DNA of 63,904 nt, counting the filler, from Circinaria calcarea (Eukaryota), in the NCBI GenBank assembly GCA_051942165.1. It is 12 parts of 12 records of this genome, joined end to end, with 100 filler letters (N's around TTAATTAATTAA, not from the genome) between each part and the next. Parts side by side here need not be neighbours in the genome. Positions count along the whole stretch, not along the records: positions 1 to 5,248 come from JAVECS010001978.1; positions 5,349 to 10,594 come from JAVECS010001979.1; positions 10,695 to 15,939 come from JAVECS010001980.1; 9 more parts are not named here. One strand, written 5' to 3'. This document shows, piece by piece, positions 1 through 10,763 of this stretch. Below the pieces are notes generated by a model that was not told the origin of the DNA, ran no database searches, and saw only the letters and a list, made by a program, of their open reading frames with translations. The translations under genes and the position numbers were made by a program. Position 1 is the first letter of the stretch. Every line of letters starts with the position of its first letter.

Positions 1-620
1 CTATTAACCAAGAAGACCCCCCCCCCCCGTGTGTATTTTTACCCGTCCTTTTCTGGAAATTATTCCTGGTTCGCTGAAAATTGGAGGGGGGGCTTGCTGG
101 GAATAAACAAAAAGAGAAAAAGAGAAAGAAAAAGAGAAAGGAAGCGGAGTTGGCGGGGGGTGGTCAGTGATAATCCCCCATTCCCATCCATCCATCTCCC
201 CTCCTTTCAACTTTCCAATAATCCATAGGTAACTGCTCTCAGTCTCGGTTTACGGAGTACTACCCGGAAAAGGTTCGAATATTAGGGGGAAACGAAAAAA
301 AAGACTGAGAGGTTTGGGTTGGTAGATGAATGGACGGGGAGGAGGGAGAACATGCTTGATGTATTGTTAGGTGAATGATCGGTGCCAGGACCCGAACTCT
401 GCCGTTTTGTTTATTTTACTTGGCAGTGAAGGGTATTTGTAGACTCTTTGGTTATTTGGGATGTGAGAATCATTTGGTAAATATATTTCATAATGATGCG
501 TGATTCCTGAATTAGTATCTTTACACTTCTGAAAGGGATATATGATACTTCCTCGCTAAAATTGCAGGCAATGATATGGAACTTGGGGAAATCGCTTCGC
601 TTAAAAGGACGGACCTGCCA

Positions 621-1127
621 TCACTCTCTGCGCCCCTCCCCTTCTCTCCTCCCGTGTCCATCTTCATCATCGCTGTCATCCCTAAAGCCTACCTCCAGAT
701 CTCGACTCAGCCTTCTATCCCGCTCCACAGCAGGATTACCCGGGCCAGTATCATCTTCTAGACCATCCATACCAATTCCTTCTTCGAGTTCCTCATCGTC
801 GAAAAGACTATCGTCCGTCGCCTGACTCTGCCGTCTTTGCCAATTATTACCTCTGCTGAACGCCGATAGGGCTCCAGAGAGTCGATCCCGAATGCGGCTG
901 ACGAGGGACGGTCGATTGCTGGATGATGCGAATGGTGCGATGGGGAGAGGAAGGTACTGAGCATAACGTGTTCGCTTCCGGTAGAGCGGTAGGAAGATGT
1001 AGATTGATACAAGGTATATGAGGAACGCAACTAAGGGGGGAAATACTATCGACTGTTCCTAATTAGCTTCATCCTTTCACTCTAACCGTTATATCAAACT
1101 GACCTTCCACATGCCGGAGCTGGCCAT
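621..1127 (-). CDS. Small single-pass membrane protein, fungal hypothetical (151 aa, 2 exons), missing from the ORF track
   Basis: Manual translation: exon 1127-1104 (MASSGMWK), intron 1103-1053 (GTCAGT..GCTAAT..CAG), exon 1052-621 (SIVFPPLVAFLIYLVSIYIFLPLYRKRTRYAQYLPL...RRLSRDLEVGFRDDSDDE...TGA). It has a hydrophobic N-terminal helix, a basic stop-transfer segment and an acidic tail that I recall from conserved Pezizomycotina hypotheticals. Confidence 0.8.
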
Positions 1128-2017
1128 GACGGAGAGAGAATCGGTGAGGCTGATGGATGACTGCTTAGGTGAATGTTGTGGTGCTGGTTTGGGGAAAGAG
1201 GGCAGATTGCCAGGAATAGATCGGTATGGGTGGTATTGATGCCCTCTTCCGACTAGCATCGAGGCTCAGCCTCGTTTAAAGGGAGAGCTGCCATCATCGT
1301 AGTGAAGAGGGTAGAGATTCGACTGGTGGTGTGTTTTGAGAGTATGACAGCCCCAGGAGATTCCGATCTAGTCGGGTATACCGTTTCTGTCCTGTAAAAG
1401 GGAGAAGCCGTTCCAAAATTCCCAAATTGCAACGTCGGTCAACAGCAACGCATGGGTAAACTAACTTTTGCTGTAGGGTAAACCTTTTTTCGTATGGGAT
1501 CTCACGTGTCAGCGCAAGTGCCACGACTGTCCATGCCTCCATCAGACGCTAGCGGAAGGCGGCGCCCCTCGGCCGGATTAAGGAAGAAGAGTCCTGGAAC
1601 GAGCCTGAAACAGAAAAAGCCAACCCTCAAGTCCAATCCAATAGTGCAGTGACGTGAAGCGGACACGGATCTCCTCTCTCCAGAGGACTGCGCTGGATGT
1701 CCATATCCTATATTGATGCTATCATCCGTCACACCACCACATTCTTTGGGCCGAGGAGTGAATGTCGAGGACTGACTGATGATGTGATGCTTCCCCTATT
1801 CCGATACGCGCCAGATCACCAATGTGAAAGACATTGTCCGCTGGCTTTCCTTGTCGACGATTTATGCAACATCGATGAGGCTTCCCGGGAGTCTCCATAA
1901 CGTAGAAAGAATTACTCCAAGGCACAAGGTTAGGGTAGAATCGGAGATAGACCGGCGAAAGAGGGCGCCCAGGCAATATCTCGTCGTTGCGGAAACGGAC
2001 ACGACTTCACGGGGGAA

Positions 2018-5000
2018 ATGCCTTCCACCACTCCTCCAGATGATCTGAAGTCGCGCCAGTCGTCGGGTGGGAGATCATTTTTTGGGAGGAAACTGCACAA
2101 GGAACGGTCAGCAGAGTCCAAGAATTTCGATGAAGGGAATCTATATCCACAGACCCCTAGCGGCGCGAGCAGTGCTGCGAATTCGAAATCTTCACGGCAT
2201 TCCCATAAGCCTTCTGCACCATCTCTCGATATGGATAACGGCGCAGACCTTCAGAGTCTTTCGAATGTAGGCGGGATGATCACATCAATACCCTACGACA
2301 GTGTTTCTGCCGATAGCAAAACTCCAATACCCGTCGAGTACCTCCCCAGAAACGATCAAGTCCCAGTGCGAAAAGAGCCGTTGCCGCATCATCTAAATAA
2401 AGGAGGAGGCGACTTCCATCAGTATCCCGCGTGGGATCAACAGTCAGCACCGACAAAAGGCTTCTCACACCCTACAGGTCCCAGACCTCCACCGCACTCT
2501 TCCTCGCAAACTACCCTAAATCTGATTTCGTCGAGGGATAAACATCAACCAAGTGGAAAACCGAGCACGGCGGCAAATACCGCCAATGGCACCCACGGCA
2601 TAGTCAACTCATATTCTACCGTGGATTCGTCTCTACATCCGCGAAACTCACTCGACCAAGCAAGTATCTACTCTTCGGTTTCCTCCGCGACTAGAGGGTC
2701 TAGCATATTTTCATCTGACAACTCATCTCGAACGGCGATTCCTCCTCACTTGCAGGACAATTTAAACCGGCCTAGCTCCTCTCACTCAACTTCACGTCAA
2801 TCCAACATTCCTCAAAACGGATGGCAACCGCAGCAGCCTGCACCATTCAGTACCACAACCTCGTTCAATCCAGAGGGCTTCAATCTCCCGCGGCCCACCG
2901 ACGAGCATGTGATTGAACAGCAGTTCATTGCGCTGATGCACAAACGTGGCTGGCAGAATTTACCAGATCAAGCAAGGCGACAGATGATGGCCTACCCTGC
3001 CGCAAAGAAATGGACACTGGTCCATCAAGACAAGTTGACCGAGTGGCAAGGAGAACAGAAAAGGAGACAGCATGCGCGACAAACCATCGCTGGGGCCGAT
3101 ATGCTCGGGAGAGCTGATGAAGAGGGCAGTCCGGAGTGGTTCGTGCGGAAAGTATTAGATGATAGCATCACGGCGAAACAACTACAAAGCTTGAGTGTTA
3201 GTTTAAGGACACAGCCGATTAGGTGAGTTCCTCGTTTACCGGCAAGGAAACAACAAACTCGCTTATCGCATATCTCTGACCATGACACAGCTGGGTCAGG
3301 TCCTTTGTTGAAGCTCAAGGTCAAGTTGCTCTGACCAATGTCCTTGGGAAGATAAATCGACGGCAAGCTCATGGTCCAGCACCGTCTTCGGGCACGACGA
3401 GTGATAAAGATCTCGACCGTGAATACGACATTGTAAAATGCCTCAAGGCGTTAATGAACAACAAGTATGGCGCCGACGACGCGTTAAACCACCAACAGGT
3501 AATTGTTTCGCTTGCAAGCTCTCTCATCTCCCCCCGGTTGACTACCAGAAAACTCGTCAGCGAGGTCCTTACATTTCTATGTCATTGGGCCGAGGGGGAG
3601 GGTCACCGAAAGGTGATCCAAGCCATGGACCATGTCAAGCATCAGCAGGGCGAGAATGGACGGTTTGATGCATGGATGCGGATAGTGGAGGTTACGATTG
3701 ATGGCCGAGGGAAGATGGGTAGCCTGGTCGGTGCAAGTGAGGAGGTACGAAGCGGCGGCATTGGCATGGAGAACCTCCTTATGGAGTACGCTGTAGCCTC
3801 CTTATTCCTGTTGAATATGATCATCGATGCGCCAGAGCACGATTTACAGCTACGATGCCATATTAGGGCACAGTTCACGTCATGCGGCATCAAGAGGATA
3901 TTGACAAAGATGGAAGGCTTTCAGTACGAGGTCATCGACAAGCAAGTTGAGCGGTATCGGGAGAATGAGGCCATTGACTACGAGGACCTCCTCCAGCGGG
4001 AGAGCAGCAGCGTAAAAGACAGTATAGGAAGCGACATCAAGGACATGCACGACCCGGTACAGATCGTCGACGCGATCATGACCAAAGTACAAGGAAGTCG
4101 GTCGCAAGACTACTTCTTATCTGCCCTGCAACATATGCTACTCATCCGAGACAACGACGGCGAAGACCGACTACGTATGTTTCAGCTTGTCGATGCGATG
4201 CTTAGCTATGTTGCCATGGACAGGAGGCTCCCCGACATGGATCTCAAGCAGAGTCTGAACTTCTCCGTTCAAAACTTGCTAGACCGCCTACATACAGACT
4301 CTGAAGCCCGGCAAGCCTTTGATGATGCGACGGAATCACGGCAAATTGCCGATTCGGCAATGGCAGAAAGGGATGAGATGAAGGCGCAGATTGACCTTGG
4401 AGCCAATGGTCTGGTGGCGAAGCTACAGAAGCAAATCCAAGAACAAGCAGCAATCATCGACCTGCAAGGGCGGCAGAATGAGGCTCTCAAGGCCGAGCTG
4501 GCAGAGATGCATCGTCTACGTGCCCAAGATCTTCAACGGAATGAATTGGAGTCTAGGGAGCTGTATCTGATGCTACGTGACGCACAAGATGTAGCGGCTT
4601 CGGCAACGAAGAAAGCAGGAAATGCCGTTCTAGCCAGCTCAGATCCTAAGCAAATGCAGGGTATCCTCGACAGAGAAAAGCTCATGGAGCGTCTCGAGAT
4701 CCAATTGGAAAGAGCCAAGACCCAATGCAAGCTTGAAGGGAAAGTCTGGCAACAAGCTGGCCCATCCGACAGACTCCGTGAACTCCGGGAGAAAATGGAT
4801 GGCGAGATGGGCCAAAGTCAAGATCCTTCACCGAGAACATTGAGGAATTTTAGCGACAGCATGCTCAGCGGTGCAACCCGTCGAAAACCATTCAACAATC
4901 CCAAGCGCCTTATGTCAGATAGCTTCGCCGAAACAGAAGAGCGAGACCCGACATTCCAGGGAGATGATGAAAGTGCTGTTGTTAATGAGAAGCCTCGACT

Positions 5001-5248
5001 TGTAGAGGTGAAACGACCCAAGATGGACACTCAGCAAGCAGCAGGGTATCTCAATGAAATGGTCTCTAAGGTTCGGCGATATGACGCCAGTGAAGACGAG
5101 GCGGAAGACGAGGGAATCACAACCGGTCCATCGCATCCGAGCCTGGAGTCTGATTCGCCTAGGACTCCATCGGACGAAGGCATACCCAAGGTTGAAACTG
5201 GATTTAACGGTCCTCCACCTCCCCCACCCCCTCTTCCACCTCCTCCTC
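2018..5248 (+). CDS. sepA: Formin (SepA/Bni1), 5' part: GBD/FH3, coiled coil and start of the FH1 poly-proline; cut by the contig end
   Basis: ORFs 2018-3226 and 3454-5304 join through intron 3223-3290 (LRTQPI-SWVRSFVEAQGQ). Motifs KCLKALMNNKYG, GRFDAWMR and VGASEEVRSGG; PPPPPPPLPPPP at the gap. Confidence 0.95.
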
Positions 5249-5348
5249 NNNNNNNNNNNNNNNNNNNNNNNNNNNNNNNNNNNNNNNNNNNNTTAATTAA
5301 TTAANNNNNNNNNNNNNNNNNNNNNNNNNNNNNNNNNNNNNNNNNNNN
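5249..5348. other. Artificial contig spacer (44 N + TTAATTAATTAA + 44 N). The same spacer is at 10595-10694, 15940-16039, 21279-21378, 26617-26716, 31953-32052, 37283-37382, 42611-42710, 47938-48037, 53263-53362 and 58587-58686
   Basis: Eleven identical 100-nt blocks carrying a six-frame stop linker. Genes are cut mid-CDS at these blocks. Confidence 0.99.
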
Positions 5349-5389
5349 CAGCAGCCGGACTTCGCTGGCTAACTCCTGCCTAATCATAG

Positions 5390-7398
5390 ATCCAAGATGG
5401 GCCAGCTGGAACTTGGGAGTATTTGTTTGCATTCGGTACGCACCGCGTTGAACTAAATGTACCATTCTACGTTCTTACCCGGTACAGATGCTCTGGAATA
5501 CACCGTGGGATGGGAACGCATATTAGTCGAGTGAAGTCGGTCGATCTGGATTCCTGGACGGATGAGCAATTACAAAGCGTGCTGAAGTGGGGCAATGCAA
5601 GAGCTAATAAGTAAAGACGATGGACCAAGGTGGAGTGGATATCGTACTGATGGCTGCTAGGTACTGGGAGGCGAAGTTGGCACCAGGACATGTTCCCTCG
5701 GAAGCGTGAGTGGAGGGACATGCTGCAGGGAAAGCTTAAGTGCTAAAGTCTTTCAGGAAGATTGAAAACTTCATCAGAACCAAGTACGAATCTAAGAGAT
5801 GGGTTATGGAGGGACCTATGCCAGATCCATCGACGTTGGATGCTGATGGCGACGACGACGTGGTAGGTCTCGAAACATTTACCATGGCCAATACCTTATT
5901 CTGGAGCATTTACACTAACCCGTACGGTGTACAGCCGCTGAACATTGTGCAAGAAAAGGCAAAGCTCGACCGTTCCTCATCTCAGCGTAACACTTCGACC
6001 TCCAGTCAGCCAGCAGTTCCTGTACGGAAACCAGCTCAAAACATAGACCTCTTTGGTGAAGATGTACCTTCAATCACCCCTCCAGTCCGACCGAGTACAA
6101 CAGATAATCCTAGTGTTCGACCTCCACCCGCGAAACCGGCAAATCCTTCACAATCACAACTACTCGGTGGGCTAGATTTTCTAGGCGGACCTTCTGATAG
6201 ACCTGCTAGCGCTTCTTCCAAACCGGTTGGTTCAACGGGTCCTTCCCGGCCAGATCTAAAACAGTCCATATTATCTCTATACGCAACAGCACCGAGATCT
6301 CAACCACAGCCTCAGTCTCCGCCTCAACATACCCGCCAGACTTCCTTTGGGGGTATGCAGGCAACCAACACACAGCAATCTTCGGCTTTTGGAGGATTAG
6401 ATGATGCTTTTAGAGGTCTGACATTTACAACTCAACCCACTGCGTCAGCTTCTCAACCTCAACAAAAACCAAAGCTTTCCTCTTTTGGAAGCTTTGGCCA
6501 AACCTCGAATCAGAGATCAACCGCTGCTGCTCCACAGGTAACATCTACACCGCTTGGCGGGGGAGGATTTTTCGATACAGGTCCAAAACCCCCGCCCAAG
6601 CCTACCTCTCCACCTAGTAATAGAAACGCCTCTCCACAAACCCTTCGCAAGGTCAGCAATGCATCCGATGGCTTTGGCGAATTCAACTCCGCACTGAATC
6701 CACCAACTGCTTCGTCGGTAGCTACAAGCACAAACGGACTGCTTGATCTTTCATCTCCGCAATCAATAGGATCTGCCAGACCCGCAAATCCGTCTACCAA
6801 CGTTGCCTCTGTCTTCAATTTGTCGGCACCCAAAGTACCAACCCAATATCAGCCTGTTGTTCAGTCGTCGGCACCACCTACTAAGACCACATTTTCCGCT
6901 TTCTCTAGTGCTGAGCCCTGGGGATCGAGTGATCCATGGGCGAACGCGGAGCCTGCCGCTCCAACGCCGCGGACTAAGATTATGAAATCACCTTCAGTAG
7001 CATCAGCTACTACAAGCGACTTTGGCTGGGGAAACAATGCGACTAATAACAACAACTCGGTCAAATCACCTGCAGTGGCGTCGGCTACCACCAGTGATTT
7101 CGGTTGGGGGAACGTTCCCTCTGCAAAAGCTAACATGAGTAGCGGAGTTGGAAATGGTTTCAGTATGCCGTCACCGGGCTCTGGCTTTCAGACCGAGCCA
7201 CACCCAGGAATTCAAAGATTCGATTTGCCCTCGCAACCAACAATCGCAGCGGACGAAGACTTTGGCGGATGGACCAGTGCGGCCCCTGAAACGCCCGCTG
7301 CGTCTGCACCGGCACCAGTCAGAAGTTCACAACAAACGGGGAAACCTGCGGGTGGATTCGCTGCCAGTGACGATTTATGGTCGAACGTTTGGCAGTAG
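5390..7398 (+). CDS. ArfGAP of the Age2/SMAP type, 5'-truncated, multi-exon
   Basis: Spliced [39 protein letters not shown]...[14 protein letters not shown]...[14 protein letters not shown] gives the ArfGAP zinc-finger domain. It is followed by a long disordered tail with DFG/WG motifs ending DDLWSNVWQ. Confidence 0.92.
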
Positions 7399-7705
7399 TC
7401 ATGGACTAGTTCGTTTTGCAGTCATTGGCGGCCATGTAGATTGGGACAAGAGGTTATTGTATTGCATGCTGATAGGCTATGGTGGATATCTTGCTTGAAT
7501 GATGAACAGTTGGCCGCTCCAGTTGCTTACTTCCATGACTCAAATACTGAGTACTGTATGAAACATAACGATCCGTACCTCCTGTTTTGCGCCTTGGTAC
7601 CGAACTCCTGATATATGCACGCGGACGTCCAATCCGCATGTCCCCCAGATAGAGCAGAGCCCCCTTAGAAATTTCCGAACCTTCCCTTTCACACGTTCCC
7701 TTCAA

Positions 7706-8058
7706 TTACCAGAAAAAGCCCAAAATCCACCACAGCACAATCACCACCCCCACAATCCCACCAGCTAGCTTCAATATCGCCACTTTGTTCCCCTGCTGCG
7801 CCATCCTGCCTAACCGGCCGGCGCTGGACTTGAGGGATGTGGAAAGGGAGGAGAAGACTTCATTCTATTTTAATTAAATTAGTGTAGTTGCAAAAGGCTG
7901 CGGAACGGTCAGGGACGACAAACGCTACTGTCGATGACATCTTGGTTCCGCGCGTTGTCGTAAATGTCGACCGTGACGCCACGGAGAGCGGAAACTTTGG
8001 AGGAGAGTTCGGAGAGGCGGGAGTTGTTTTGGCTTTCGCGCTCGTAGGCGTCGGACAT
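7706..8058 (-). CDS. SFT1: Golgi Qc-SNARE Sft1 (Bet1-like), 2 exons
   Basis: MSDAYERESQNNSRLSELSSKVSALRGVTVDIYDNARNQDVIDSS, intron (GTTTGT..CTAAT..TAG), then NEVFSSLSTSLKSSAGRLGRMAQQGNKVAILKLAGGIVGVVIVLWWILGFFW*: a SNARE helix plus C-terminal TM anchor. Confidence 0.85.
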
Positions 8059-8494
8059 GATTGTAGGTGGGAGAGCTGTTTGAAGAGGAGGATTTGGGGA
8101 AAAGAGGGGGAGAGGTTTGTTGGTGGGTTTCTGGGTGAGTTGTATGCGGTAGGTCAAGCCGACTGTCAGGATTGTAGGCTGATGGGATTATGGACTGTAA
8201 TATGAGTGTAGGTAAATCATGATCTAGACGAGAGCTCTTGGTTTGGTATTTGTTCGAGGTGGTCAAGCCATAGTGATTTAGCAGTTACAGGTAGCCAACG
8301 GTGGTAGGGGCAAAGGGCGAGTGTATCGATTGACGATCCCAGCGCAGGGATGTGATGGCGATCCTTCGTCATCCGCTGAGCCTCGTTACGACCCTTTCAG
8401 TTCCAGCAAACTTCCTCTACGTTGAATTCCTCTTTCTTCCCAAAGCTTGGGGAATACTGTAGTGGGGACAATCTACACTCCTCCAGCCGTCAAG

Positions 8495-9825
8495 ATGCCT
8501 TTCGGAATCAACAATCCTTTGCCCTCTTCCATGAGGAGTGAGTGCAAAAAAGTCGCCAAGATCCTCGCCAGCTTCGTCGATCCCCGTCAAGCATTCGGCC
8601 CTGACAAGATAATACCCCCCCAGATTCTGGCCAATGCAAAAGTACGTCGTGCTCTCATACCTCACTCACTCGGTTCTTGCTTACCCTCAGTAGGGTCTTG
8701 CTATCATCACAGTCTTCAAAGCCGGCTTTCTTGGCTCTGCCCGCTTTGGCTCCGGTGTGGTCGTTGCCCGGTTAGCTGATGGTACTTGGTCAGCCCCTTC
8801 AGCAGTGGCTACAGGTGGTGGTGGGTTCGGCGGACAGATTGGATTTGAACTCACAGATTTCGTCTTCATCCTCAACGATGCCGCTGCTGTCCGGACTTTC
8901 TCGCAACAAGGTTCCCTCACCCTCGGAGGAAACGTCAGTATAGCGGCTGGACCGGTGGGGAGAAATGCGGAAGCGGCAGGTGCAGCGAGTCTAAAGGGCG
9001 TGTCGGGAATCTTTAGTTACAGCAAAACCAAAGGCCTCTTTGCAGGAGTAAGCTTAGAAGGGAGTGTCATCATCGAACGTCGAGACGCAAACGAGAAGAT
9101 GTACAACAGCCGCATCACAGCCAAGCAACTCCTCGGCGGGGGAGTTCGCCCACCACCAGAGGCAGAACCGCTAATGCGGGTCCTCAACTCGCGAGTCTTC
9201 GCTGGCATAGCCACCAACGCAGACGAGCAAATGTACAACGACATCCCCATCTACGACGAAAGCCATGAAAATCATTCTTGGGCCGGCGCCGGACGTGGCT
9301 CCTCCCGACCAACCAGCGGCCCACCAGACTACGAGTACCGCGACAAGCCCCAGCGCTCCAGCACGTGGAACGACGATGTCTACGACCGCCAGCCCTCCAC
9401 TGCTCCCCCGAACCGTTCCTTCAGCACCCGCGCCAACCCGGCAGAAACTTTTGACAGTCTCGGAAGTACCAGACGACAGACGATAGGTGAAAGCGACTAC
9501 TCATATAGCGATCGCAAACCCAGTCGCCCCACGGCACCGAAACCGCAATTTAAACCTAAACCGGCGCCTGGACGCGATCAGGCGGTTGCACTGTTCACGT
9601 TCGACGCAGCGCAGCCGGGGGATCTAGGTTTCAAGAAAGGGGATGTGATTACAATTGTGAAGCGGACGGAGAGCGCGACGGATTGGTGGACGGGGAGGAT
9701 TGGCGAGAGGGAAGGGATTTTCCCGAGGTGAGCTTTTCCTTGTCTCTTATAAGGGTTCTGTGGCGTGGAGAGTGTGAAGGTATGTGCTAATATCGGTTCC
9801 TAGTAACTACGTCGAGGCGAACTGA
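8495..9825 (+). CDS. YSC84: Ysc84/Lsb3-type SYLF (DUF500) + SH3 actin-patch protein, 3 exons
   Basis: MPFGINNPLP start, GGGFGGQIGFELTDFVFILN and KTKGLFAGVSLEGS (SYLF domain). C-terminal SH3 ALFTFDA..GDLGFKKGD..WWTG..EGIFP-SNYV is completed across the last intron. Confidence 0.93.
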
Positions 9826-10763
9826 GATGTCCGTGGGTTGTAAATGAACCAACGTCTTCGAGTTTAGCAGCACTAGGGCTGAGAGACAACGCTGTTGTCA
9901 TGGACAAAACCTGCGTTACATGAGCGAGAGTTATGGGATTGTTGTCACTAAATACCAAATGCTCTTTTTTTCCTCTCTTCGCTTTTTACCCATTTAGCAA
10001 GCGGGGTGGAGTGGAGTTTCTAGCCGGGGCGTCTTTTTTGCCAAATCGAATTTCTTTGACACGAAAAGGTTTTACATGTGGGATTTTGTTGGCCGTGCTC
10101 AATACCTTGCCTTGTAAAGTCGAGAGCTTCTGAGCCTGTTGTTCGTTCTCCGTGAGCTTTTCTTTTTTCTATTTTTTTTTAAATAGCAGAATTACCCTAA
10201 CTCCCTACCGGTGCAGATAGGGAAACTTGAAATCTGAAAAACCGTGGGGAGGTTGAGAATTTCAAAGTTTACTGGTTCTGGTTTGGTCTTGTTTTTCATG
10301 ACTTTAACGAATAGGCAATGTTTAGTTTTTCCTGTAGTGTGGTTCTGGAAATTTTGACTAAGGAGCCGGAGGAACTATAACTATAACTATACCTATCCAT
10401 CCATCAATCACACTGGGGGGGGGGGGACCCTTGATTGCCAAAGCCAAAGCCAAAAAAAGAAAATTCTTCCACTTCAACTAACGAAATTCCCAATCCCCTG
10501 AGTCACCCGCCCATCTTCTACGCTAGCATCCAGTCTTTCGGTCTTTCAGTCTCTCCCCCCCCCCTTCCTTTCCCGGGGGGTTTCCGAGAAACCCNNNNNN
10601 NNNNNNNNNNNNNNNNNNNNNNNNNNNNNNNNNNNNNNTTAATTAATTAANNNNNNNNNNNNNNNNNNNNNNNNNNNNNNNNNNNNNNNNNNNNAGATGA
10701 TCACTGGTGCAACAGCCCGGACATTACACATATGCCATCCACAAGACCATTCATGATGTGAAC

